A DNA stretch of 64,000 nucleotides from an uncultured bacterium (GCA_964421875.1 CAYQZD010000003.1:2843-66842), one strand, 5' to 3'. Shown: positions 34,847 to 43,410, numbered from the stretch's first letter. Numbers and translations: made by a program. Notes: generated by a model from the letters alone, not told the origin.

Positions 34847-36868
34847 CTATTTCAGCAAGACAATCTTCCTGACGGATGAGCCTCCATCCGTGCTTAGCTG
34901 ACAAAAATAGAGGCCGGAGCTTAAACCGCTGAGGCCGATGACTTGATGATAAAATCCTGAGGGAATATATTCATCAATAACAGTACCCACACACCTTCCC
35001 TGAAGATTGAACAAGTGAAGCGCCACCCTGGTACGCCTTGCGATAGAGAATTCAATCGACACGCTTTCATTACAGGGATTGGGATAGATATCGGGTATGG
35101 GGAAAGCTTCTGCAGGTTCGTTCCTAAAAATTGGAATAACCGGAACTTGAGGATTGGGACAGCCGGGGGTGGGGTCAACAAGCTCGCTCCAGTGGAAAGC
35201 TCCATCGGGTATCCTCCCGTAGGATACATCCACTTTCTGCGGCAGGAAAGAAACCCCGTTGAAGAGCCGAAATTCGCCCTGCTCCATTCCGAACAGGCCG
35301 ATTTCCTCGCCCTCTGTGCCGTCTAATCTAAAATTCGCGTGCAATCCCGAATCGTTGGTGTCTTTGTCCGCCCAGATTAACACATACTGATTTGGGCCAA
35401 CCATAGTATCCGGGCAGGTCCATTTGCGGGGATGAGAGTAATTATCCGTCAAAAACATCCCCTCAAGATTCACCGCGCTAGCGCCCCTGTTCCAAATCTC
35501 AATCCAGTCGTCGAAATCTCCCTGAGGGTCGGGCAAGGTGGTCTGGTTCCGCGCCATAAACTCGTTTATCACCAGAGGAAAATTATCAGAATAGGAATTC
35601 AGTTGTGAAAACACGATACCGCACCGGTCCCTGACCCAGCGTTTCAATCCAAAAATATACTTTCCACCAGGATCGGCAACGATATCCTCTTCAAGGTTGA
35701 ATTCGAACTGGGTGTCGGTGTACATTTTCAGAGTGTCATCATACACATGCCGCCTGATCAGGCTCGAAAAATGGTCGATTTGTTTGTTCATCATTAAAGG
35801 CGTGAAGTCGGTATTCAGCCTGGCTTCGATATACACTTTATTAATATCACGGAACAATGGAACCTGGAAAATTCTGTGTACCAGAACGCGGTTGGCACGT
35901 GAATGAAAAATGTCGATGTTTATCAGATTCTCCGCGTAGTGGAATCCCCAGATATTCCGCCCGAAAGACTCGTTCCAATCCCAGGGAATATGGACGAAAC
36001 GACCATCATCCTCTTGATGGTAGATGAAATAATTATGCCCCATATGAAAGTAGGAATCCAGATCCACAAACAGGGTATTCATCGCCAGAAATTGAAGGAA
36101 ATCCAGACAATCGAAGTGAGTCTGAAGGGAGTCGGCAAACAGACTATCAGGGGTGTGGTTCAACATATAACAGAAATCGATCAAATCACCCCAATAATCC
36201 TCTTCTTCATTGTTTTCAAGTTGATAACGGAGTCGATATTCATTGGTATCGGTTCCCAGCCAGGTAAGCCAGCCGCTGGGATCGCCCTGGAAAAGATTCC
36301 CGTCTTCCCCCTGACCGAATCGGTCTTCGATGAAGGATTTATTCACTTGCTCGACACAAAGATAAAGACCCCAATACCGGGCGTTGATATAAAGCCGGGC
36401 GTAACTACAACGCATACAGTCAATATGTTTGCGGAACAAATCTAAGGTGAGTTTTTCCCGCAGCATCGTCGGGTCGTTGAAATTGTTATTCAGATTGAGC
36501 TTTTTTAAGCCGTGAAAGGTCTGATTCTCGAGGTATTCATTGAAACTGAATCTGAAAGGTTTTTTGCGGCCGGGATACCACCTGCAGGAGGAAAAACCCT
36601 TGAATTTAATCCCGACACTGTCATAATACTCGATCCCATAATATAATTCGCCGGGATAGTATTCGTTGGTGTTATAGTAATGATAGCGAAGAGAGTCGTA
36701 CCAATTGTCATCGGAGAAATAGAGGTAGTAATTGTGAACGCGGGTATCATCGAAGACAACTTCGGCGGAATCCTGCGCTGAAACGGCGCTGAGTGAAAGC
36801 AGCGTCATTCCCAAAATGAATGTAGCTGACACTACCCTGGGAAGCATCTCATTCTCCCATCGGCGCAT
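34847..36868 (-). CDS. CotH-like protein with lamin-tail domain and T9SS C-terminal sorting domain
   Basis: 673 aa. Signal peptide. CotH core (YARLYINARYWGLYLCVEQVNKSFIEDRFG). LTD (VINEFMARNQTTLPDPQGDFDDWIEIWN). C-terminus ..YPNPCNESVSIEF..LSSGLYFCQL..KIVLLK. Confidence 0.8.
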   Translation of the reverse strand: MRRWENEMLPRVVSATFILGMTLLSLSAVSAQDSAEVVFDDTRVHNYYLYFSDDNWYDSLRYHYYNTNEYYPGELYYGIEYYDSVGIKFKGFSSCRWYPGRKKPFRFSFNEYLENQTFHGLKKLNLNNNFNDPTMLREKLTLDLFRKHIDCMRCSYARLYINARYWGLYLCVEQVNKSFIEDRFGQGEDGNLFQGDPSGWLTWLGTDTNEYRLRYQLENNEEEDYWGDLIDFCYMLNHTPDSLFADSLQTHFDCLDFLQFLAMNTLFVDLDSYFHMGHNYFIYHQEDDGRFVHIPWDWNESFGRNIWGFHYAENLINIDIFHSRANRVLVHRIFQVPLFRDINKVYIEARLNTDFTPLMMNKQIDHFSSLIRRHVYDDTLKMYTDTQFEFNLEEDIVADPGGKYIFGLKRWVRDRCGIVFSQLNSYSDNFPLVINEFMARNQTTLPDPQGDFDDWIEIWNRGASAVNLEGMFLTDNYSHPRKWTCPDTMVGPNQYVLIWADKDTNDSGLHANFRLDGTEGEEIGLFGMEQGEFRLFNGVSFLPQKVDVSYGRIPDGAFHWSELVDPTPGCPNPQVPVIPIFRNEPAEAFPIPDIYPNPCNESVSIEFSIARRTRVALHLFNLQGRCVGTVIDEYIPSGFYHQVIGLSGLSSGLYFCQLSTDGGSSVRKIVLLK

Positions 36869-37107
36869 AAGCGCTGATTCTTCATTTATGAATTAGGGTA
36901 AGGCAGCCTCGCAGGTCGAGGTTTTAATTATAGTGGCGCAAGGCGGCGAGAATAATCATCTGTGATGGTTCACGTGATCTTAAGGAATCCTTATACAACG
37001 TTTCCTAATAATATACAATTTTCTATCGTAATACACAAACGCTTATGGCTTAATATAGAGTGTTATCAATTGCGGTGTCATTCCGAGCGAAGCGAAGAAA
37101 CTCGCCC

Positions 37108-37139
37108 CTCATTCCCACCCTCCTGCGTGGAAATGCATA
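37108..37139 (+). repeat. PU4 hairpin, diverged copy, preceded by a PU5-like unit (37075-37106)
   Basis: CTCATTCCCACCCTCCTGCGTGGAAATGCATA. Upstream is GTGTCATTCCGAGCGAAGCGAAGAAACTCGCC. Confidence 0.8.
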
Positions 37140-37152
37140 TAAAAGATGCCTG

Positions 37153-37620
37153 TTATGAAGGATTATCAGCAAAAACTTGGTAAATCTCCTCTCCGGATTC
37201 CGCCTCCCTGATCGCATCGCGGTTCCTTTCAACGTTCAACACCTTGACGATTTCTGAGAGGCGGCGCACGTGAGCGGACATCGTTTCGCAGGGTATCAAC
37301 AGCAGGAAAATGAGGTCTGAAGGTGTGCGGTCCTCGGCGCCAAAATCCAAAGCCGGATGCGCTCTGGCGAAAGCCGCCATCTCGGCGCCGATTCCGGAGA
37401 TGCAGGCGTGGGGAACAGCCACGCCATGCTCCATTCCCGTTCCCAGAATTTGTTCCCGCTCCATGATTTCGTTTACAACCGCTTCATGCAGCTCTTCCTT
37501 CAGGACGCCGGTCTCAACCAGAACTGCCACCAGTTCTCGGATAGCGTCGAACCGATCCCGGACGCTGAGGTCGAGGATTATCGCATCTCTATTAAGTATT
37601 TCCGTAATAGCCATTTTCAA
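37153..37620 (-). CDS. ptsN: PTS EIIA type-2 (PtsN/EIIA-Ntr-like) regulatory protein
   Basis: 155 aa. GTGMEHGVAVPHA with the phospho-acceptor His context. Starts 3 nt after the antiporter stop. Confidence 0.8.
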   Translation of the reverse strand: MKMAITEILNRDAIILDLSVRDRFDAIRELVAVLVETGVLKEELHEAVVNEIMEREQILGTGMEHGVAVPHACISGIGAEMAAFARAHPALDFGAEDRTPSDLIFLLLIPCETMSAHVRRLSEIVKVLNVERNRDAIREAESGEEIYQVFADNPS

Positions 37621-37623
37621 CCG

Positions 37624-39198
37624 CTAAATATTCTCAATTCTTCTTTTACAATACAGGCTTAAAACCTCCCGTTGGTCCAGAATTCCCACCAATTTCCCGC
37701 TCTCGTCCTCAACCACTGGAATACTGTCCATATTCAAATCATTGAACTTATCCATAGCCTCCTCCAATGAAGCCCCGGGACCGATGCGAGCCTCCCGGTA
37801 GCGGACGAAGTCCTTGGCGATCATTATCCGCGTCAGATTGGGGTCGTAGATTACTTCCCGAATTTCAGGGTAGGAAATCAATCCTTCATAGTTGTTTTCT
37901 TCGCGGGTCACCGGGAAATAGTGCTGCCTGGAACCGGCGATGAAAGAGAGAATTTCCGGAAAGGTGGCGGCGATGGAGATCGTGCGCACATTTTTCCGCA
38001 TCAAGTGGCTCACCCTGACATCCTCAAGATTCCGGGGATAGGGGGTAGCGAGCAGTCCGACCCTGGTCGATAAATTCCTGAAAAGCCGCCTCAGCGAAAG
38101 GTGATAAAGGCTTTCCGAGGGACGGTCAAGCAGCGCAAGAACCTTCACCTCACCCGCCCGAACCACCGATATCTTCGCCAATGGGGCTCCAAGCAGTTCA
38201 AAAACCACTATGGTGGAGACAATCACAGTCTCAACTTCCGAACCGATATCCGGAAGCCTTTTAACCGCAAGCATCGCCAAACCGATTGCCACCCCCGCCT
38301 GCGATAACATTCCCCAGGATATTTCCTTAGCGGAAACCGAGAAATTCCCGGTGAACCTGGCGGCGAAGCGGATACCGCCAATTTTCCCTGCGGCGCGGCT
38401 AAACAGATAGACTACACTCACTAATCCCACAGCCGCAAGTCGGTCGACCTGAAGTTTAGCTCCCGCAACGGCAAAGAAGAGCACGTACAAAGGCCAACCC
38501 ACCCGGTCCAGCTCCCCAATGATCTCTTTAGCGAATTCCGATGTGTTTCGCACCGAAACTCCCATCACCAGAAAAACCAGCATAAAGGGCAGGTTAAAAC
38601 GATTACAGACCCCATAAGCCGCCGCTACAATACCAAGAAAGAGAATCAGCCGCTCAGGACCGGAAACCTTCTGCTCCAGATAGCTCACAACTACTCCGCC
38701 GAAAGCGGCAATTCCGATTGACAGTAGTAATGTGAGCCCGCTCCCGCCCAGTTCGGACAAAGTTCCAACAGGTGTCGCAGCGGGTGAAATCAAAACCAGC
38801 GCAAATTCGAAAGCGATAATGCAGACTACATTGTTGATACCCACCAGTGTTATCAGAGAATCGGTGACCGGGCCTTCAGCGTCATATTCCTTCAAGACCA
38901 GGAGGGTAGTGGCGGGAGCGGTGGCGATGGCGAGGATTCCCAGGAGTAGAGCTAAGGAAGGGTTACTGCTAAATACCCAGACCGCGAGGAAAACCAGCGT
39001 AAAGGTCAATCCAATATCGCCGATTATCAGCGGCGTCAGCCTTCTACCTTGCTTGCCCAAGCGCTTGAAGCTGAAATTGGTGCCGATGTCGAACATTATC
39101 AGCGCCAGGGCAAACTCGGTGAGGGGGAGGAGGGTCCTCACTGCTCCCATATCGACAAGGTTTAGCAGGTGCGGTCCCATCAACATCCCCCCCACCAA
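37624..39198 (-). CDS. CPA2-type cation/proton antiporter with C-terminal CBS pair; 5' end uncertain (may extend to about 39327)
   Basis: The track ORF starts at TTG 39198. The in-frame upstream sequence encodes the expected first TM (EIGLDLGLLFLAAVAAGRIARLLKIPRVAGYLVGG). There is no ATG/GTG/TTG back to the in-frame TAA at 39340-39342. C-terminal CBS repeats (..MDSIPVVEDESGKLVGILDQ). Confidence 0.8.
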   Translation of the reverse strand: MVGGMLMGPHLLNLVDMGAVRTLLPLTEFALALIMFDIGTNFSFKRLGKQGRRLTPLIIGDIGLTFTLVFLAVWVFSSNPSLALLLGILAIATAPATTLLVLKEYDAEGPVTDSLITLVGINNVVCIIAFEFALVLISPAATPVGTLSELGGSGLTLLLSIGIAAFGGVVVSYLEQKVSGPERLILFLGIVAAAYGVCNRFNLPFMLVFLVMGVSVRNTSEFAKEIIGELDRVGWPLYVLFFAVAGAKLQVDRLAAVGLVSVVYLFSRAAGKIGGIRFAARFTGNFSVSAKEISWGMLSQAGVAIGLAMLAVKRLPDIGSEVETVIVSTIVVFELLGAPLAKISVVRAGEVKVLALLDRPSESLYHLSLRRLFRNLSTRVGLLATPYPRNLEDVRVSHLMRKNVRTISIAATFPEILSFIAGSRQHYFPVTREENNYEGLISYPEIREVIYDPNLTRIMIAKDFVRYREARIGPGASLEEAMDKFNDLNMDSIPVVEDESGKLVGILDQREVLSLYCKRRIENI

Positions 39199-39321
39199 AT
39201 ATCCTGCAACACGCGGAATTTTCAGCAGCCGGGCGATTCTACCAGCCGCTACTGCCGCTAAAAAAAGAAGTCCCAGGTCAAGTCCTATTTCCTGGGTAGT
39301 ATGCGTAGAAACCTCGATTGT

Positions 39322-39384
39322 GTGAATGGTGTATAGTGATTAGTGTCTGATGATTGGTGCTTAGTGTTTGGTGTATGGTGTCAC
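39322..39384. repeat. 7-nt tandem array K (GTGNNTR), 9 units; inverse complement of the CACCAAN arrays
   Basis: GTG/ATG at 39322, 39329, ... 39378 in exact 7-nt phase. Overlaps the in-frame region upstream of the antiporter TTG start. A degenerate second block lies at 39461-39512. Confidence 0.9.
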
Positions 39385-39432
39385 TTTACTGATTTGAGGT
39401 GCAAGTGTCATTCTGGCTGCGCCGGAATGACG
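39377..39432 (+). repeat. Module B, short form (its two hairpins fused into one hybrid)
   Basis: GGTGTCACTTTACTGATTTGAGGTGCAAGT + GTCATTCTGGCTGCGCCGGAATGACG. The left half matches the first hairpin of the long form and the right half matches the inverted second hairpin. Confidence 0.85.
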
Positions 39433-39638
39433 ATATGGGTAGTTGCTCTATAAAGATAAAGTGATACGGTGTATGGTTATTAGTGTATAGCAAATGGTGG
39501 TTAGTCGATGTGAAAATAGAATTCTCTTCTGAAAATATAGAGACAGAACGATTATGTCAATTTTAACCGCTCACATTTTCGCGCCTTTGGTGTTTTTTCG
39601 TGAACTTCGTGTTTTTAAAAACAGACTGATATTCAAGT

Positions 39639-39664
39639 GGCACAGGGTCTCCGCGCCCTGCGCC
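39639..39664 (+). repeat. GC-rich hairpin GGCACAGGGTCTCCGCGCCCTGCGCC
   Basis: Stem GGC(A/G)CAGGG/CCCTGCGCC. A sister copy is at 41025-41050 and a partial copy at 54075-54090. Confidence 0.8.
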
Positions 39665-39685
39665 CAACCTCACATTAAAACCGCC

Positions 39686-40918
39686 CTAAACTTCCTCATC
39701 CTTTTTCTTCTTATAGAACGATTTGCCGGTCTCGGATTCAAGTTCGGAGTGTTCTTCGGGGATGAAAGCGGTCATCGAGCGCAGCAAAGTCACCACCTCT
39801 TTCACCGCCGCCACCGTGCGCTCAACCTGCTCCGGAGTGTTGAGCTTGGAAAAGGAGAACCTGATAGCCCCGTGTGCCTGCTCGTGCTTCAAACCGATGG
39901 AGGTTAAAACCACCGAGGGCGTGAGCGATTTGGAAGAACAGGCGCTGCCGGAAGAAACGTAAATCCCCCGCTGGGACAGGTGCATCAGTATGGCTTCCCC
40001 CTCGATATAACTGAAAGTGACATCCACATTGGTTGGAAGCCTCCGTTCTCCGCGGGGACCGTTGAGTTTGGTGTGGGGAATCGTCAAAAGTTCGTCGAGC
40101 ATCCGGTCGCGCATCGCAATCATCTTAGCGTTGTTCGCATCGTATTCGGCGAAAGCGATATCTGCGGCTTTGGCGAAACCGATAATAGCGGGAACGTTTT
40201 CCGTTCCGGGACGGAGGTTGTTCTCCTGAGGCGCGCCCTCCATCAGCTTGCGCAGTTTCACCCCTTTGCGCCGGTAAAGCAGTCCGATGCCCTTGGGACC
40301 GTGAAACTTGTGAGCGTTCAATGACATCAGATGAATGTTATCGTCAATCACATTAAGGGGAACCTTGGTAAAACTCTGGGCAGCGTCGGTATGGAATGGA
40401 ATACCCTTTTCGGCGCAAATCTTCCCGATTTCAGGTATATACTGGATAGTGCCGATTTCATGGTTGCCGTGAATGATGGAGACCAGGGTAGTGTCGGGCC
40501 GGATAGCGCGAGCCAGGTCGTCAGGGTCCACAAAACCATAGCTGTCAACCGGCAAAAACTCGACTTCGAAGCCTTCCTCCTGCAGACGCTTCATCGGATT
40601 GATGACCGCGTTATGCTCCACCTTGGAGGTGATAATGTGCTTCCCCTTACTCAGGTTCTGATACGCCGCGCCGAAAATGGCGAAGTTGTTGGCTTCGGTG
40701 GCGCTGGATGTGAAAATAATCTCATCGTCGTCCCCAGCGCCGATATGTTTTGCTAGACGGTGCCGGGCGTCGTTGATGGCGTTTTCAGCATCGAGCCCTA
40801 ATTTATGCAGTGAAGCGGGATTCCCGTAGTTTTCGATGAAATAGGGTTTCATCGCCTCAAATACTTCGGGCAGAAGGGGGGTGGTGTCATTATTATCAAG
40901 ATATATGGCGTTGCTCAT
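39686..40918 (-). CDS. nifS: Cysteine desulfurase (NifS/IscS family, class V aminotransferase)
   Basis: 410 aa. IYLDNNDTTPLLPEV, SLNAHKFHGPKG (PLP Lys), SSGSACSS (active-site Cys loop). Confidence 0.9.
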   Translation of the reverse strand: MSNAIYLDNNDTTPLLPEVFEAMKPYFIENYGNPASLHKLGLDAENAINDARHRLAKHIGAGDDDEIIFTSSATEANNFAIFGAAYQNLSKGKHIITSKVEHNAVINPMKRLQEEGFEVEFLPVDSYGFVDPDDLARAIRPDTTLVSIIHGNHEIGTIQYIPEIGKICAEKGIPFHTDAAQSFTKVPLNVIDDNIHLMSLNAHKFHGPKGIGLLYRRKGVKLRKLMEGAPQENNLRPGTENVPAIIGFAKAADIAFAEYDANNAKMIAMRDRMLDELLTIPHTKLNGPRGERRLPTNVDVTFSYIEGEAILMHLSQRGIYVSSGSACSSKSLTPSVVLTSIGLKHEQAHGAIRFSFSKLNTPEQVERTVAAVKEVVTLLRSMTAFIPEEHSELESETGKSFYKKKKDEEV

Positions 40919-41024
40919 CTTATCTCCAATTGAAAGAAAATTTCAATAAAAAAGACTAAATAGTTATATAATTCTTCTGCTTCTAACATCAGCAAATATT
41001 GCACCAAGCGGCAGTATTCATCGT

Positions 41025-41050
41025 GGCGCAGGGTTTCCACACCCTGCGCC
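41025..41050 (+). repeat. GC-rich hairpin GGCGCAGGGTTTCCACACCCTGCGCC
   Basis: Perfect 10-bp stem GGCGCAGGGT/ACCCTGCGCC. Confidence 0.85.
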
Positions 41051-41085
41051 ATATACTGTATCTCTAAGATATGGTAACACTTTCC

Positions 41086-41117
41086 CTCATTCCCACGCTC
41101 CAGCGTGGGAATGCATA
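41086..41117 (+). repeat. PU4 hairpin
   Basis: CTCATTCCCACGCTCCAGCGTGGGAATGCATA, followed by a PU9-like unit (about 41140-41172). Confidence 0.9.
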
Positions 41118-41192
41118 CCGCCCGAAATTATAAGCGTTATATCTGGTCTTTAGCGAAGCGGAAAACTGACATCCTCCTTGCGTATCGCAGAA

Positions 41193-41903
41193 TCACTTCC
41201 GCCGCTTCACCTGTTTGAAGCGGCGGGAAACGGCGTCCTTTGGTTTGAAAAACGCGCCCGGCGGCGCGCCGAAAGCATTGCTTTCATCAACAACAGAGAA
41301 CTTACGATTTTTATAGGCCTCGTCCGTCTCCCGCTCTTTCGCATTCTCCCGCTCCGCTTCTCGTTCCTTTTTATCCCTGAGGGAAAAGCGGCAGCCGCAG
41401 TAGGTCTGCCGGTAGATTCCCAGCTTTTTCGTCAGCTCAACCGAACGCTTGAAACCATCCTGCTTCTTGAAATTGCTGGGAAGGTATTCGACTTCGAATT
41501 CGTCTGCCAATTCCGCGCCGACCCGATTGATAAAGTCCGCGTCCTTGTGAGGACTGACAGTCAAAGTAGTGGCGAAAATGTCGAATCCGCGCTCACCTGC
41601 GGTTTCAGCGGCGCGCCGCATCCGGTATTCAATGCATTTCAAACAGCGCCGCCCCCGTTCAGGCTCCTTCTCCAATCCCTTAGCCAACGCGAGGAAAGCG
41701 TTGGGAAGGTACTCATCCTCGATAAGCTCGATACCCTGGATTTCCGCCAAACGCCTGCTCGACGCCAAACGCTTAAAATACTCCCCTTGTGGTTCGATAC
41801 AGGAGTTGCTGAAAAACCCGGTAACTTCGAATTCTTCACCTGTTCGTTCAAACGCCACAGTCTGGTCCGGCGCGCAGCAAATATGGAGCAGGAGCTTCTT
41901 CAT
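41193..41903 (-). CDS. queH: Epoxyqueuosine reductase QueH (DUF208)
   Basis: 236 aa. LLLHICCAPD, CLKCIEYRM and YCGC motifs. Lys/Glu-rich C-terminal tail. Confidence 0.85.
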   Translation of the reverse strand: MKKLLLHICCAPDQTVAFERTGEEFEVTGFFSNSCIEPQGEYFKRLASSRRLAEIQGIELIEDEYLPNAFLALAKGLEKEPERGRRCLKCIEYRMRRAAETAGERGFDIFATTLTVSPHKDADFINRVGAELADEFEVEYLPSNFKKQDGFKRSVELTKKLGIYRQTYCGCRFSLRDKKEREAERENAKERETDEAYKNRKFSVVDESNAFGAPPGAFFKPKDAVSRRFKQVKRRK

Positions 41904-41915
41904 CTAATCACAGTC

Positions 41916-42878
41916 TTACCCTTCCCTCCTCACGAATCCGCGCAGCTTGGGCGCGAAAACCGCCAGAAAAATTACACATACAGCGGCAATTCCGGAATAA
42001 GCGAACAATATATAGTTCTCTTCCGGAGTCTTAGCCGCCTCCAGCATCTGCTCCCGGCTCCCCCCGGTGAATATCCGAATTGTCACCCTCCAGGGGAGGA
42101 ATCTGGGAGTGCTGTCGTACATTTCCCCCCAAGCGCCGCCTTCAGGGGCGCCCAGCGTATAAAAATTCTCCCCCGTATTGTCATAGAATTTCAACTCCGC
42201 GCTATGCCCGTAAGGCGGAAAATGGGAAGCAAATTCTGAGGGATGACTACGCTGATAACGGCTGATAATATCCGGCAAAACCGCTTTCAGCCGTTCCGGG
42301 GCAACTGTCAACAGATAGAGGCTCCCCTCCCGCTTCAGCCAGTGGAACATCAACTCCCGCCCTTCCACCTCAACCGGAGACAACAGGAACCATTGCGTGG
42401 TATCCCAATAGGCGCGGTTAAAAGGAAGCGTGTCCTTAATCGCAAGGGCGGTTTCAACGATGTTTTGATGCGCTTCGACAGTGGGTGTATCGTTGAACAG
42501 GTTAGCGGCAGCGCCGTCAGGACTGATTCTGTCCACCGCGATAATTTCCGGACACCGCTTGACGATGCGGGCGGCTTCGCTTGACTTCACCGGAAGGCTC
42601 GCCGCCCCCAGTTCCTCCAGCGGATATGTGAAACGCTCCAAGAACACCGTAGTCAGGTGATGCTGCAGTTGGAAACGGTCATCCTCGAACTGCTGACTGA
42701 AATAAAGACCGAGAAAATTCATCCCCAAATATGCGCCTATAGTCATTCTCAAAAGCGCCCACAACGGAATGAACACCAGCGCGATTATAGCGATTTTCCT
42801 GAACAGCCGGTTCACGCCGGCTTTCTTATCTTCCCTGCCAGGGATTGCTCCGGGCAGGTTTGGATCCTCTTCGTTCAT
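41916..42878 (-). CDS. Hypothetical two-TM protein with extracytoplasmic sensor-like domain (paralog A)
   Basis: 320 aa. An N-terminal TM and a C-terminal TM bracket a ~230-aa domain. Collinear with 43484-44410 (FYDNTGENFYTLG / FYDQAGELFHTLG; RFLPWRVTIRI / PYLPWEVEIVI; LRGFVRREG / LLGFRKKG). Confidence 0.65.
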   Translation of the reverse strand: MNEEDPNLPGAIPGREDKKAGVNRLFRKIAIIALVFIPLWALLRMTIGAYLGMNFLGLYFSQQFEDDRFQLQHHLTTVFLERFTYPLEELGAASLPVKSSEAARIVKRCPEIIAVDRISPDGAAANLFNDTPTVEAHQNIVETALAIKDTLPFNRAYWDTTQWFLLSPVEVEGRELMFHWLKREGSLYLLTVAPERLKAVLPDIISRYQRSHPSEFASHFPPYGHSAELKFYDNTGENFYTLGAPEGGAWGEMYDSTPRFLPWRVTIRIFTGGSREQMLEAAKTPEENYILFAYSGIAAVCVIFLAVFAPKLRGFVRREG

Positions 42879-42907
42879 TTGACAAAACTCTCAAATTAGG
42901 TTATTAT
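42879..42907 (+). promoter_or_regulatory. Near-consensus sigma70 promoter on the plus strand, pointing into the repeat chain
   Basis: TTGACA (42879-42884), 17 nt, TATTAT (42902-42907). Abuts the divergent start codon of paralog A. No plus-strand gene lies downstream, only hairpin units. Could be a chance match. Confidence 0.3.
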
Positions 42908-42908
42908 C

Positions 42909-42940
42909 CTCGTTCCCACACTCCCTCGTGGGAACGCATA
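42909..42940 (+). repeat. PU4 hairpin
   Basis: CTCGTTCCCACACTCCCTCGTGGGAACGCATA. Confidence 0.9.
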
Positions 42941-42966
42941 ATACTATTGTCATTGCGAGCGAAATT

Positions 42967-43028
42967 GTAGAGTGGGTTCTTAACCCACCAATTTACAAAT
43001 CCTTCCCCCTAACCGTAATCCCTCTTAA
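42967..43028 (+). repeat. PU1 + degenerate PU2 (start of duplicated block U1)
   Basis: GTAGAGTGGGTTCTTAACCCACCAATTTACAAATCCTTCCCCCTAACCGTAATCCCTCTTAAG. Confidence 0.9.
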
Positions 43029-43043
43029 GTCAACAAGTTCCCC

Positions 43044-43085
43044 GCAAATCGAATATCACAAATCAAAAATCGAAAATCGAAAATC
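43044..43085. repeat. 7-nt tandem array E1 (NAAAATC)
   Basis: gcaaatc gaatatc acaaatc aaaaatc gaaaatc gaaaatc. Confidence 0.85.
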
Positions 43086-43118
43086 ATAGCCACTATAGCC
43101 ACCATAGCCAGTGAATCC
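43085..43118 (+). repeat. ATAGCC nonamer block + AGTGAATCC
   Basis: CATAGCCACTATAGCCACCATAGCCAGTGAATCC. Confidence 0.85.
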
Positions 43119-43126
43119 TTCTTCAC

Positions 43127-43189
43127 TAAACCCTATACCCTAAATCCTTTATCCTTTACCCTAAACCCTATACCCTAAACCCTAAGTAA
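43127..43189. repeat. 7-nt tandem array F (TWWAYCC), 9 units
   Basis: taaaccc tataccc taaatcc tttatcc tttaccc taaaccc tataccc taaaccc taagtaa. Confidence 0.9.
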
Positions 43190-43190
43190 C

Positions 43191-43228
43191 GTGCCCGCCT
43201 CCTCCCCGCGCCCGGCGGAATTTCTTCC
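43191..43228 (+). repeat. Unit M1 GTGCCCGCC..CCCGGCGGAATTTCTTCC
   Basis: A sister copy is at 45089-45126. Both lie directly upstream of a PU1 copy. Confidence 0.8.
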
Positions 43229-43235
43229 TTGAACC

Positions 43236-43297
43236 GTAGGGTGGGTTCTTAACCCACCAATTTACAAATCCTTCCCCCTAACCGGAATCCCTCTTAA
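43236..43297 (+). repeat. PU1 + degenerate PU2 (start of duplicated block U2)
   Basis: GTAGGGTGGGTTCTTAACCCACCAATTTACAAATCCTTCCCCCTAACCGGAATCCCTCTTAAG. Near-identical to 42967-43028. Confidence 0.9.
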
Positions 43298-43311
43298 GCA
43301 ACAAGTTCCCC

Positions 43312-43353
43312 GCAAATCAAATATCACAAATCAAAAATCAAAAATCGAAAATC
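43312..43353. repeat. 7-nt tandem array E2 (NAAAATC)
   Basis: gcaaatc aaatatc acaaatc aaaaatc aaaaatc gaaaatc. Confidence 0.85.
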
Positions 43354-43406
43354 ATAGCCATAACAGCCGTAACCTGTCAGCCTTCCGGCTGATAGCCAGT
43401 GAATTC
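43353..43406 (+). repeat. ATAGCC nonamer block + AGTGAATTC (with an inserted hairpin)
   Basis: CATAGCCATAACAGCCGTAACCTGTCAGCCTTCCGGCTGATAGCCAGTGAATTC. Confidence 0.8.
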
Positions 43407-43410
43407 TCTT

